A stretch of DNA of 64,000 bases from positions 76,324,001 through 76,388,000 of the forward strand of contig CM059432.1 in assembly GCA_030390025.1 (NCBI GenBank). Reading direction: 5' to 3'. The position numbers and the translations under genes were made by a program. Positions 35,487 through 48,368 of this stretch are shown here, piece after piece. Under the pieces are notes generated by a model, which was not told the origin of the DNA, ran no database searches, and saw nothing but the letters and a program-made list of their open reading frames with translations. The DNA comes from Squalus acanthias. Its lineage: Eukaryota. Within the stretch, counting starts at the first letter, position 1. The number at the start of each line of letters is the position of its first letter.

Positions 35487-37121
35487 TCATTCAAACCGCA
35501 GTCTGATGAGGTGGTCACGGACTGGCCTTCCGGAAGGCTGACTGAGTGGCTGCCTCCTCCCTCGCTCCTGTTCCTCCTCCTCCTCGTCCGCCTCGTCGTC
35601 CTCCTTGTCTTCCTCGTCCTCCACGTCCTCCTCCTCCTCCTCCTCCTCCTCTCCCTCTTCCTCCTCCTGAGTTGGTCTCGCAATCCCTGGTGTCAAGGGC
35701 TGGGCCCTCATGATGGCCAAGTCGTCGCGCATGGAGCAGACCACCACGAAATGGGACACCAGCTCAGCCGAGTACTGAAGGGCTCCTCCCGAGCGGTCAA
35801 GGCAGCGAAACCGTTGCTTGAGCACCCCGATGGTCTGCTCGATGATGTTCCTGGTGGCAGCATGGCTGTCATTATATGAGTGCTGGGCACGAGTGGTGGG
35901 GTTGCCAAGGGGAGTCATCAGCCAGGTGCAGAGCGGATAGCCCTTGTCTCTGAGCAGCCACCCTCAGGTTGACGTGGTGGCTGGAAGATTGCTGGCACAC
36001 CATACTGTGTAGGATGATGGCATCATGACTGCTGCCAGGATAGCGGGCATTCACCTTCACGATGCGCTGGGCCTGGTCACAACAACTGCACATTAAGTGA
36101 GTGGTAGCCTTGCGGTTGCAGTACATTTCAGGATTGGTATACGATGTCTGCAAAGCCACGTGGGGTGTGCAGTCAATGGTGCCCTGCACCATGCAGAAGC
36201 CCGCTATCCTGGCAAAGCCACATGTGCTCTCGTCCTGTTTCTCTCTGTTCAGAGAGAAGCCAATGTACCTTCTTCTCCTAGAGAGCCTCAGTGACCTCCC
36301 GGATGCAGCAATGGGGTTACGGAGGGAAGTCATGAGCCAGGTGGAGAGCGGATAGTCCTTGTCTCCGACCATCCAGTCGTGAGCTTGATGTGGTGGCTGG
36401 AAGAGTGCTGGCACACCGGTCTGGCACAGGATGAAGGCATTGTGGCTGCTGCCAGGATAGCCGGCATTCACATTGAGGATGCGCTGTCTGTGGTCGCACA
36501 CCAACTGCACATTAAGTGAGTGGTAGCCTTTGTAGTTACGGAAGATCTCAGGATTGTTATGCGGTGCCTGCAAAGCCATGTGGGTGTAATCAATGGCACC
36601 CTGCACCATGGGGAATCCTGCTATCCTGGCAAAGCCACATGCATGCTCGCCCTGGTTCTCTTTGGTGATGGGGAAAGAAATGTAATCCCTTCTCCTACTT
36701 GTAAAGACCCTCTGTGACCTCCTGGATGCAGTGATGGACAGCGAACTGCGAGATGTTAACTATGTCTCCTGTTGCAGACTGGAAGGATCTGCTGGCGAAG
36801 AAATTGAGGGTGACGATGACCTTGACTGCCACTGGGAGAACCGTGGTCACCCTGGTCTGAGGCTGGAGGTCTGGTTGCAGGAGGTGGCAGAGTTCTGTGA
36901 CCATCTCCTCGGTGAAGCGGAGCCTTCCAATACACTGTTCCTCGCTTAATTGGAGGTAGGAGAAGTGCTCTCGGAATAACCTCGGAGGGTAAGGCCACCT
37001 GTTGAGAGCCTTGATGGCCCTCCTCCTCCTTCTGGGCACATGTTCCAGTCTTTCTCGCTACCTCGGCTCCCTCCGCCGTAGATCCTGGAGGGCGAGGTCG
37101 GCTGGCAGTACAGCCCCCATT
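35487..37121 (-). pseudogene. Harbinger transposase pseudogene with duplicated catalytic core
   Basis: GAIDYTH...GYHSLNVQLVCD...YPGSSH...GDKDYP is followed by a second GTIDCT...YPGSSHDA...DKGYP, then [18 protein letters not shown]. Confidence 0.9.
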
Positions 37122-37831
37122 AATGTTACCAAGTGTAGCAGTTTGATTCTTTGAAGAATAAATGTAGCTACTTTTTAGTTGCCACAACACTCCTGATACA
37201 AAAGATCCTTGAAATGACTGAATGGAACTGTTGGTGTATGTGTAACTGACAAGAAACCACTGAAACTGCACTAAACTGACAGCTGCGAGTCATTACTGAT
37301 GATCCCTTTAAATAACATCCCTGGAGCCGGCTTCCTGGTGCTTCCTGCCAGCTCTCCCTGTCGCTATTTACTCCAGGCGCTAAGGTAGGTGGCAACAATC
37401 AATTTAGCAGATTGGGCGGTCAGTGAGCATTGCACACTCACTGCCGTGACGATCCACTTGGCGTTGACATTCCCGGCGATAACTCTTACCGGCAGCACTA
37501 TGATGGGGGGGGGGGGGGGAATGGAGGGGGTGGGATTTGGTGTGTGGCGCTGGATTTGCCTCACCCCGGCGATACTGCTCTAGCGCCCGTTAGCGCTGTC
37601 TGCTGGCGCTAATGGGAGGTGCTAAATGGATGAATTTTTCCCCCAAAGTTCTTCCAGGTCTCAGTGAGGAAGCCACAGCCCCTCAAATTGCCTTTCAGGT
37701 ATCTTTGAAGTGCTTTTGTTAGCCATTCTGTGTGTGCTTGCCTTCTTACAGTTGACTGAAAAGACAGCTTGAGGCAACATGTTATCAACCTTTCTGACAA
37801 AAAAGGCCAGTCTTTCACAGCTGAGCTTTCA

Positions 37832-39020
37832 AGAGATAATTACAGGTGAGGAAGGCTATTTGGCCAATTGTAGTTCATCCATCCAGAAAGTCCCTATCGT
37901 CGGCCATTGCTGCAATTATTTCTTAAATGATTCCAGGGGTTTTGCCTCCACTACTCTGTCCAGAAGTTTATTCCATGTATTGATCACTCTGCGTGTGAAG
38001 AAAAATTTCTTGACATCAGTTCTAAATTTGCTCTTTACTTATTTGAACCTGGGACTTCTTGTCCTACTCTCAAAATTTAGTTTGAAGTAATTTTACAGAT
38101 TTATCTTTTGTAATACCGTTACAATACTCTATAAAATTATCTTTCAGACACCTCCTTTCTAGGCTGGAAAGCCCTAGATTTCCTCATAACTCAGACATCT
38201 AAGACTGCCTTGTTGCTTTTCTCTGCACAGTCTCCATTGTTTGAATGTCTCCTCTGAGTCTCAGTGACCAGTTCTAGACATGGTAAGATGTGGTCTTACC
38301 ATGGCACTGTACAGTTTATATAGTTTGAGAGAGACTTGCTCTGATTTTTACTGCACTGTTTGGCTATATTTCAACATCTGTTGATTGCTGCTGTGCATTG
38401 GTTGGACATGTTAAACATTGGGGGGGAAGAATTGGGTGCTGCCTCTTTTGGGAGGTTAACGTCGCCGGGGTGCTAATTTTAGCACCCCAAAAAAGTTTGT
38501 GCCCCTCTGCCATAAATTCAGTAGTAGCACCACAAGCAGGAGGTCAAGTGCTACTGGAAAGCGCTCCCCCTCCTGCTTGGGGCGCTACTACTGAAGATTG
38601 CAGTGCTACGTGCAATGGGGGCGCTAACAAGAGGCGCAAACCACCCCAATTTTTCCCCCTGAATCTACTAAGACTCCTAAGTCACTTTCAACTTTTTCCT
38701 TAGCTATTTCAACACCATTCATAGACTACATCGGCAACTCATTTTTCCATCCTATTTTCAGTAATTGACATTTTTTGCTTTAAATTTTACCTGTAATTTC
38801 TGAGCTGCATCTTCAGATTCCACTGCTCCTCCTAATTTGGTATCATCTGCAAATCTAATCAATTTGTATTCAGTTTCTGCATCCAAGTTATTGATGTAAA
38901 TTAGAAACAGTAGTAGTCCCAGCATTGATCCCTGGGGCATTCCACTTAGTACTTCCCCTCCACCCCAACATAACTCTTGTAACAAGTAGTCGTTTTTAAC
39001 TGTCAGCTGCTTTCTTATCC
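37832..39020 (-). mobile_element. Old CR1 LINE fragment, split by a MITE
   Basis: GMPQGSMLGLLLFLIYINNL and RFADDTKLGG (ORF 38758-38985); 3' region with FFTRRVINTWN-like sequence near 37960-38010. Confidence 0.8.
38421..38659. mobile_element. Short palindromic Harbinger-type MITE
   Basis: Ends gggggaagaattggg / cccaatttttccccc; internal inverted repeat 38518-38595. Confidence 0.75.
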
Positions 39021-39544
39021 AGGGGTTCTACTCTGGTGGTGTTGTCCTTTGTTGGACAGGAGCTCACTGTTAGTTACCCTATAATTGCCATGGAATTTCA
39101 GGATCATGCAGAGGCATCGTATGTGATATCTGTAATGAGCTTCTTTAGTCTGCTAGAAACAAAGCTAGTCTTTTTAATATGAAGTGATAGCTCATGATCA
39201 ATTGTGGTGTCACTAGAAAGTGTTCTCCTGAAGTATGTGAAATTCTGCAATAAGTTCAACTATGTGTTATTGGCTGTTGTTATCAGATCATGGTACTGAT
39301 AACAGGTGCTGTCTGGTACATAACTTTGATTTTCTTCAGATTGATGATAAGTCCTTGTGGTTTTGCTTCGGGTGCAAACTGGTGTATGATGACGAAGATG
39401 AGGTTCTGTGTGAATAAGAGGGGCACAATTGCCAACAAAAGGGAGTTCATGGGCCAATTCTTCCTTGACTTTCATCTTTACCAGAAACTGGCAGGTGCCT
39501 GAAGTATATATATATATGTATTTATGACCATGATGTCATTGGGA

Positions 39545-40380
39545 CCCCAATTCTAGTTCAACTGGGTGGGTCAGAACCAACCCGCTCAGTAAAACCTTGC
39601 AGGATTGGCCTCAGGGACTGACTGATGCAACTGCAAGAAGTATTTAAAGGGACACTCACCTGCAGTCATTTGGCTCATACGATCTCTGTGCTTTTGTGAT
39701 TACTGGATTGCCAAGGCATTTCCGAGTCTGGAGATTGCTTCTTTTTGACTTGATTAATTCACACTGACTAAATATTTCCAGCTTATCATGGATGTCATTT
39801 TTGCTTCTTTATTCTGGATGGAGGAACTGTTGGAGGAAGAGGATCAGCAGCAGCAGCAGGCTCAGCTGGTGAGGGGGCTGCTCCTAGAAGGCCTTACTTT
39901 CCTGGACATCTCAGAGGAGCAGTGTGTCAGGAGGCTGTGCTTCTCCAGGCAGGCTGTTACAGACTTGTGCAGCCTGCTGCCTGTGGGATCAGTGGGTCTT
40001 GCTTTGCCAGCAGCTGTCAAAGTCAACAATGCCCTGAACGTTTTTGCCTCAGATTCCTTCTAGGCTGCTATAGAAGACATCATCCACATTTCTCAGTCTG
40101 CAGTGCACAGCTACATTAAGCAGGTAACCAACGTCCTCTTAACCAAAGCCAATCAGTATATTACTCTCCCACTGGGCGGCAACAACCAGAATGAGAGAGC
40201 TCTGGTATTTGTAGGAGTGGCCGGCTTCCCTCGTGTACAGGGCATCATTGACTGTACACATGTAGCTATCAGGCCACCAGAGGACGAGCCAGGAGCTTTT
40301 CTCAACAGGAGGGCTATCATTCCATCAAGGTTCAACATGGAGTGTGACCACTGCCAATCGATCATGCAAGTCTGTGCTAG
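39545..40380 (+). pseudogene. Harbinger transposase fragment with upstream promoter region
   Basis: FLDISEEQCVRRL, ALPAAVKVNNALNVFAS, GFPRVQGIIDCTHVAI. Confidence 0.85.
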
Positions 40381-40680
40381 GTCCGTTGGCAGGGCAGGGA
40401 GTGTACTGAGAAAACAGTTTGGCTGTTAAGCAGGTTTGCAACAATTCAACAGTTTCTTGGATATTTGTATGCTTCAACATGTGACTGAGTGGAGAGACCT
40501 GCGGGAATTAAGTGAAGAGTAGAGTGCACGGCTAGCTCACAGCCTGATCAGACCAAAGACAGATTTAAGACATAGAAATACCACTATACTGTACAGTGCA
40601 TTTTCTTTCCTTGTAGGCTGTTTTGTTTAATGAATTAAATTATTTATGAAATCCAGTGCAGGACACTATTAAAAAACAGT

Positions 40681-41713
40681 GGGCTAGAAATTCATGTACT
40701 TACCACCACTCCGTAGCACCATGAAATGGCGAGAGAATGGCACCGCCGCTCTTTTGCCAGCTGGTGGCGGGTCCCATAGCGGCCGCCATTTTCCTCCTTC
40801 TCTTTGCGCTGCCGGTAACTGGCAGAGCCCTGGAAAAATAAATGGTGGCATGATGACGTCAATCGGCTGTGCAACGCCGACTTAACGTCACCACTCCAAA
40901 CTTCGACCGTAAACGTGGTGATGTCAGCACCTCTTAAAGGGACACACACATTTTTCAGGTAAGTTTGGATTTAAGCTTTTGGACTTTTTATTTTATTTTA
41001 TTGAAGTAGTGGCTTGCTGCAATAGATGTTAAAAAGTTTTTTAAGTGTGTAGGGAGTGCTTCTGATGGTAAAGGAAGACCTCTGAGAAGCCAGAAAATGC
41101 TGCAAATACTCAGCAGGTCAGGCAACATCTGTGGAGAGAGAAACAGAGTTCTTGTCTCAGGTCGAGATGCTGTCTGACCAGCTGAATATTTCCTGCATTT
41201 TATGCTCTAATTTCAGATTTACAGCATCCACTCGCAGAGGGAAGAGGAAGACACAGAAAAGGAAGAAGCTGTTTTTTGAGGTTCGGAAGGGAATTCAGCT
41301 TTCAGAGCTGAATAATCACACTTGGGACTTCTTTTTAATGTTACATTTTTTTTGAAAGGCAGCAAGGGCTGAAAACTGCATTTTTTCACAGCATTTTAAT
41401 TTGTATTAGTTCTCAGTGCATTGCCCCTTTAATTCATAGCCCTTTTAATTGCCCACAATTCCTTGCGAGTGCCACAACTTCACTCACAGAAGCTGTGCGA
41501 AGCTCGAATGCCATTTTAGGACGGGAACTTCATCTCGGAGGTCTCCACTAACGCCACAAGGAGGGCGTTGCATGGAAGGCTAGTGCTGCACCACCAATCT
41601 CCAGCCCTCCAGACGAATTTATTCTCCTTAGCGTTGCGGCCATTTTCAGTGGCCGTTAACTCCAGTTGCCGGCGACACCAGCAACTTTCGTGGTGAACAC
41701 GAATTTCTTGCCC
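40681..41713 (-). mobile_element. Short deletion derivative of the H3/H6 Harbinger family (inverted), with Penelope hairpin
   Basis: TIR gggctagaaattc / gaatttcttgccc; 40930-41260 is the reverse complement of 25790-26140. Confidence 0.82.
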
Positions 41714-41861
41714 AAAGTGCCCTCCTTTCCAGTAAAATCACAAAAACATCATGGTAATTACACAGGAGAATGTAATTTTTTTAGTTCCCATTTTTTCTTT
41801 TACTTGAATTGCAAGATTTGAGATTTTATTTGTTTTTTTTATGTTGAGAGTTTGTGACCAA

Positions 41862-42415
41862 GGCCCTCTCATGGTTCAGTGAGTTTATTCAGTGAGTGTC
41901 TAAGTCAGCAATTGGAATGCATTGCTGGGCAGAGTTATTGAGGTGTGAACCCTGGTATTATTGAAGAAACAGTTCCATGCAGCAATGAGTGTAGGGTCTT
42001 TCCTGATGGATGAATTAAGATGGACCGAAAGGATTTCCTAATCTGTAAGTATCTTGTAATCATATAGACCAGGTCCGATTTATCTCATCACAGTTCTGGG
42101 TAGTAGGGATGCCACAATAAGCATCAAATACCTCAGGTTAGGGATAAGAAAATTGGCCAGGGTTCCTACTTGCTATCTAAGAACCCTGTTGGATGTGTGT
42201 ATCTATTGACATTGGGTGAGGACAGGGTTGGGCTTGGCTGTTATGCTCCTGCAGTCCAATAGCCTGTTGGCACTAACTCTCAAGGCTTATACATGGAAAT
42301 GATGACCACCAGGCAAGGTAGTGAAGGGGTACTGGCATTCATGAAATTGTGCCCCAGCAAGGCATCAACATCTTCAGGAGTGGAGGGGAATGGGGAGACA
42401 AGAATTGGCAGAGGA
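41862..42415 (+). mobile_element. AmnSINE2-like ancient SINE (interrupted ~41910-42060)
   Basis: gggtgaggacagggttgggcttggctgttatgc...aatagcctg...cttcaggagtggagggg is collinear with 54300-54635. Confidence 0.6.
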
Positions 42416-44791
42416 AATTGGTGTGAAATTTCTTTTTTTTAAAAGACACTTTGCAGGCAGTGGAACGAAGTGGCACCATAGAGAGGTAGGGCATGAATTT
42501 GCATCTGTAGTTCCACTCGTGATGATCTTATAATTACAACTGAGTTGGCTGGGGTGGCATTCATTGAAGGACAAGTATTTTCCCAAAAGAAGTAAGTGAA
42601 AATTGTTGGGCGAGTCACCCTGAATTGTTCTTGAGTGTTGTCTGATAGCTAGTTACAGAGCAACATTTACAGAGGCCCAGGAATAAATTGGCTGTTCTCT
42701 CTGTCAGCTGAACTGTGATAGATAGTGCACAAATACTTAAAGAAAGGGTAAAAATAGCTAAAGAAACGTGTAATGAATAATTAGGGCTTGAATAATCACA
42801 TTAACATTGCGTTCCAATATTAATAAAGTACATTGTCCTCTAAAATTATTTTGGTCATGTTGCCTTTCCTTCAAAAGTCATTTCAACTGAATACAGGAAA
42901 CTACTAAAAAGTCTGGAATCAAAGGTCAATCATAAATACCAAGAAGCTGGGAAATGGTACTGCCGCTCCAATGCTTCCATTATTCTTCAAACTTGCTGGA
43001 AATACAACGCTCTGAAAAAGATTTACTCTTGAATAGAGTGGCACCAGCGGCTGATGGAACCAATACCAGCCCAAAGGAAATAAATGCATAGCAGGAAAAT
43101 TACCTCATGTCACCATAACAACCAGCTGACATGTTTTCCACTACAATTCCCACTATTCGCACTACAAATTCTCAAAACAGTGGTGTGACTGAGTTGATGC
43201 AATCCTGCCAGTAGAGGGCCTCGTTGATTTTAATACTGTAAAACTGGAATGTGAATCATATCGCGATGGGGGGGGGGGTCACAAGCTGTTTTTTAAAATG
43301 AGGGTGATAAGCATTTGGAAATCCTCTGTTGTACGCACAGTATGAGGTTTTCTGTGGGTTTGGTATGCACTGTCTTCCAAGCAGTGCCAACATTTGTTAG
43401 ATCTATCTCTGGCATCAAACAACTGTGAGAATTTCTAATTGTTATCTGTAGTAAATAATTGATAACATTGTTAGAGAAAATGTTTTTTTATTGTCACTCA
43501 GTTTTCAAGGACTTCAAATGTTTGTAGTCTTGTAGCTGTAGGTAAATTAATCTGCAGGCATTTCCGTCACACATTTGATATTCATTTTGTAGTATTCTGC
43601 AGGTTTTTTTTCACAGTGATAACCAAATTCTGCATTTAAAAATAATTCTGTATACTGGCTTAATTATTGAAAGATTGAATAATAGCTGCACCCCCACCAT
43701 GTACATATATCTTGTGTCCATCTGTTCATCTCAGTAGCAGCAAATGATGGATAATTAACTCAGTGGCTTTGTCTTTCCCTTGCTAAATGTCCGACACATT
43801 TTTATTTTCAGAGCGAGAAAGAAATGAATGATGCTTCATAACTGAGCAAGAAGCTGGTACAAAGCTATTAGCATCAAAACAGGCACAACAGACGCACTGG
43901 ACTTGCGAAGGAAATGCATTAAGTGCGATACATACTCAAGGAAACTGGAGGGTGACTGTGGACAATAGCAGCCTGAGTCCTGCTGAGCATCGCTCACAAA
44001 GCCCCAAGGTCAAGGTCAATAAGCATTACAGACGAAGCTCTTCAAATCAATTAGCAGCTGTTTGGCTATTTCTGATAAAAGTTGATGACAAAGGAAACAT
44101 AGGACAGAATTTAGGAAGATAATTTCTTAGGTAGTAGTGCAAATTCACAGAGTATTACCTTTAGATATATTGGGGGTGAATTTCCTCTCCCAACCCCCAC
44201 TGGGCAAGTGAATAGTACAGGACCTGGAGGTGCTCTGTACTTGCAATGGGAGAAGGATGCATAATGTTCCTGGCCCAGGCCACTTACAGTCTTGAACAAT
44301 GTTCCCTCTAATTTTGTTTGGGCCCGCGCGGCCCCTTTAACGGGCTGTGCGGGCCATTCAAAATTCTACACATGCGCGTTTTTTTCTATTTTAAGCCAGC
44401 TCACCGACTGCATGGGACCTACAGACACTCTGTGACCACGTGGCTACTCAGCTTAAAGGGAATGTTGGTGTTGACGCAGGCCTGCCCCTTGGCATCCCAA
44501 GAATACATGAATGCAACTTATGAGTGTGATCCAAAGGATGGTCCATCAAAGCTCAACCTATTAGTACCTAGACTCTTCTTTTCAAGCATCCTGCCTCATT
44601 TTGAACAGCTTGGCTCAGTTAGTGCTGACTCTGAGTCAGAAGGTTGTGGGTTCAAACCCCTCTCCTGGACTTAAGCACATAACATACTCTTAACACTTCA
44701 CTGCAATACTGAGGAAGTGCTGCATTGTTGGAGGTGCAGTCTTTTGGATGAGATGTTAAAATGAGACCCTGTCTGTGCAGATGGACATAAA

Positions 44792-47178
44792 GGCCTAGAC
44801 ATCAGAGAGTGCGAAAAGCCTGCTGGTGTCACCACGGGCTGGAGTTAACGGCCGCCAAAAATAATGGCACTGGCAGGACCGGGATATTGGCTCGGGTTGC
44901 TAATTAACATTAGCCCAGCGCTAAACTTACTGTGCAAGGTCATTTTTGTAGCGGTATTCCTGGAAGGAGGCCCAATATAGCATGGCCGTAGCCTTCTCTT
45001 AAAGCAAAGCTGTCATTTCAGAAAGCAGTGCTGTCCCTTACCTGACGAAGGGGCAGCAGCTCCGAAAGCTCGTAATTTTAAATAAAACTGTTGGACTATA
45101 ACCTGGTGTTGTGCGACTTCTCATTTTTGTCCACCCCAGTCCAACACCGGCATCTCCGCATCATGTCCCTTAAAGGGGAACTGCCTTCTAAAATGAAAAA
45201 AAAAACATTTAAAAATTGGCAGTTTTAAGCCTTTACAGCTCAACTGCCTTCTGAAAAAAAACTAACATTAAAAAGAATTCCCAAATAGGAGTCTTCAGCT
45301 CTTAAAGCTGAATTGCCTTCCGTACCTCAAAAAATGGGAAAAGTGATTCAGCACTAACACAAATGGCTTAGCAAGCCAGGAAGGAGCACCAAGGGTCTCA
45401 GATGCTGCACTCCAGCTTTGTGCAGGGGAGTCAATAGTGCAAGAGAGGCCCTCTACCCACAGGGGTCAGGGGCCCTCCAGAAAGAACGATGTGGGACCAG
45501 ATCACCGAGGCCATCACTGCCAGCAGTGTCGCCCCCACCACCTGGCTCCAGTGCCCAAAGAAGCTTCAGGACCTCGGACCAGTGGTCAAGGTCGGTGAAT
45601 GCATCTTCAAAAGCCGTCTCCTACCAACTGCACCACTAGCCTCACACACTTCTCAATGCACGACTCCCGCCCTCTACCCTGCCAATCACTCACCTACCAA
45701 CAATCTGTCCCAAACACGAGGCACACCTCACATTTCTAGCTTCACCTCACCCCCCTTGGAGGAGACGGTGCTGGCCATTCTTGGCAGGGGCATGGCTGAG
45801 CCCTTGGCCAGCGGCAGGGTTGAAAGGATATAAGATGCGTGTATCCTCATACATTATCCTCCTTCTCGCATGCACCTCTTACTTTCTCGCCCTCCCCTCA
45901 CCACAACTCCACCCTTGTGCCTTCCTCATTTCACACTCAAGAAATGCAGCCTGCCCAACCAGTGGTTGACTAAGAAGAGGGAGAGAGAGTGAAGCAGAAA
46001 AAGAAGAAAGTTCATCACTCGATGTCACACTCCCAGCCACCAGCTCTTCAAGGTCAACCAGAAAGGCCATTTGCAGTGTCCCCCACTGAAAGTCAGCAGC
46101 CTTCCACCAGCCATGCTGCAGCCACTGGGGTAGCACTGCGTGACATCAGTCGGATAGGCAAAGGCACACAGAAGACAGTCACTAAGGGAATGCACAAGGG
46201 TGATGAGTTGATTTCTTGATGTCATATTGGATGGATAGATGTATAAAGTTGGATTGGAAAGTTTGCTTTGTGGTGGCTTTTATTTCAGCATTGTGGCCAA
46301 GAGGACACTGTGATGGTCAGTAACAGAGGGAAGGTAAGGTGTGGGACAAATGTTGAAAGGGGAACTGGGGTTGTGGTCACTGGTACCGCAGGCGGATGAT
46401 TCCATCCTGGATATCCCGGCAGAAAGGGGCTGTCCGGGTCGCATCCTTCCTTCTGCTTCCTCCTCTTCTGATTCCTCCTCTTCTGCTTCTTCCTCTTCTG
46501 CATCTTCCTCTCCTACGTCTTCCTCTTCCCTCTGCTAGCGGATGCTGTAAATTTGAAATAATAGCATAAACTGCTGGAAATACTCAGCAGGTCAGGCAGC
46601 ATCTCAACCTAAGACGTGAACTCTGTTTCTCTCTCCACAGATGCTGCCTGACCTGCTGGGTATTTCCAGCATTTTCTGTCTTCTCAGAGGCCTTCCTTTA
46701 CCATCCAAGGCCTTGCAAGTGTCCAGCAGCACTCCCTGCACTCTCTGCACACTTAAAAAGCTTTTAACATGTAATGCACCAAGCCATTACTTCAATAAAA
46801 TATTTTAAAAATCCAGTCAAAAAGCTTAAATGCAAACTTATCTGAAAGATGAGTGCATCCCTTTAAGAAGTGCTGACAGCGTCTCTGTCAGTCTGCTGTA
46901 TGCTCACTTTGCAGAGCGAGCTTAGGACCCAGCACTGATTTCAACGCTCAGGTCCAGGTTCGCAGAGCATTTTGTTAAGTCGGTGTTGCACGCTGACTGA
47001 TGTCATGCTCTCCTCATTTGCATCTCCAGAACCAGCACTGCTATTGGCAGCGCTAAGGCCCTCACCAAAATGGATGCTGCTGAGTCCAGTGCCAGGGGCG
47101 GGCATTAGAGTGGTGGTCCCCATTTCTTCCAGGATTGCGATGCAAACGGGTGGTGCTAAGTAACCCAATCTCCTGGCC
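44792..47178 (+). mobile_element. Non-autonomous Harbinger H6, paralog of H3
   Basis: Ends ggcctagacat / atctcctggcc, flanked by AAA; same internal deletions and Penelope hairpin as 24266-26424. Confidence 0.87.
45041..45163 (+). mobile_element. Penelope-like element 3' fragment with 9-bp TSD and hammerhead core
   Basis: TGTCCCTTA at 45032-45040 and 45164-45172; the insert begins cCTGACGAaggggcagcagctccGAAAgctc and contains AATAAA. Confidence 0.85.
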
Positions 47179-47480
47179 AAAATATCAGTAGAGCAGGGAA
47201 TCCTCTCAGTGTCCTGGCAACATTTTTCCTTCAACCAACAACAACAAAAAATGATTAGCTGGTCAGTCAACGAATTTGTTGTTTGGGGGATCCTGCTATG
47301 AACAAATTGACTGCCACATTTGCCTACATAAGAACGATTGAATTTCAAAAGTTGAGGAGTAAGAACATGTTAAGGTGCCATAGCAATGAAAGTTATTTCT
47401 TTATCCCAATGTTTCTGCTTCTATATGTTAACTTCCTACTTCCTAACAAAATTCTTCTACGCATTGAACACTCTTTGAGT

Positions 47481-48368
47481 GGGGGCGATTTTAACCCTAC
47501 TCACTCAGCGAAACCTGGTGGGAGGGCAGTTAAAATCGCCCTGGCTCTTACCTGTCCGAAAGCCACCGTGATCGCAACATCTGCAATTTTAACCTGCTCT
47601 CCTGAGCAGGCAGCAAGGACACTCGCCCGGAGCCAACAGGGTCCTTCTTTACATATGAATGTTGTGGCCCAAATTACATCATTGAGACCCGACTGTAATT
47701 TTAACTCAGGCCTGAGTGGGGAATTCACCTGGAGTTAAAATTGGGGCCAGCGGGAATTTAAACCTAATAAAATGGGTGGGTTCGGGTCATGTGGGAAGTT
47801 AAAGTATTAAAAATATGAATCCCTACCAGAACCCGTGTCCAGCCCGCCCACTTCCAGTTTTAATGGAGGCGGGACGGGGCGGGCAGCCAACCCGCTCCCA
47901 GGAGGGAGGGTCATCCATTTAAATATTATAATGAGGCTGGAAGACGCTGATTTAACCTCCATTTTGAATTTAACTTTAGCTGGTCGGGTTTTGCAGGCCT
48001 CGTGAAACCCGCCAGCTAAAGTAAGACGAGGACTGCTGGATCCAGGTGGTAACTGCCTTTACACCCCATCGTTCCTGACCACCCCATCCCCCCCTGACCC
48101 CACCACTCCTCCAGCCCACTCTGTGCTCCTCCGGCAATCCCCCAGCACCCACGCGATCCCTCCTTCCCTCCTCTCTGCGGCCTAGTGCCACAGGCCTACC
48201 CGCCCGCAGGCAGCCAGCCTCTCAATCTGGCTGGCTGCAGCTGGGAAACAGAGGTTTCCCATGCAAATGAGGCCCTGCCATTAAATTCGGCAGGGCCTGC
48301 GGTAAACCCGTTCTCCCGGGTTTCATGACTGCTTCAGAGCCACCCGCCTCCCCATTAAAATTCAGGCC
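47481..48368. mobile_element. Harbinger-type MITE(s), probably two adjacent (47481-47748, ~47750-48368)
   Basis: Termini gggggcgattttaa, ttaaaattggggcc and ttaaaattcaggcc. Confidence 0.65.

Larger units (their letters stand above)
33057..37644 (+). mobile_element. Full-length Harbinger H5 (Myb +, transposase - with internal duplication)
   Basis: TIR gggctagaaattcat / atgaatttttccccc; AAA flanks both ends (33054-33056, 37645-37647). Confidence 0.9.
44605..47402 (+). mobile_element. Deu-SINE split by Harbinger H6 (pieces 44605-44791, 47179-47402)
   Basis: The head and core lie before 44791; the core and tail resume after 47178. Confidence 0.8.

Noticed and set aside
37505..37535. Poly-G / G-quadruplex-like tract (also 18338-18460)
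   Set aside because: Low-complexity tracts within TE subterminal regions with no independent evidence of function.
39339..39416. Acceptor followed by IDDKSLWFCFGCKLVYDDEDEVLCE*, zinc-finger-like
   Set aside because: Too short, ends in a stop, and has no partner exons or recognisable homolog.
43828..43833. In-frame TGA-TGC as possible selenocysteine
   Set aside because: No SECIS or selenoprotein similarity is seen, and an open frame of this length can arise by chance.
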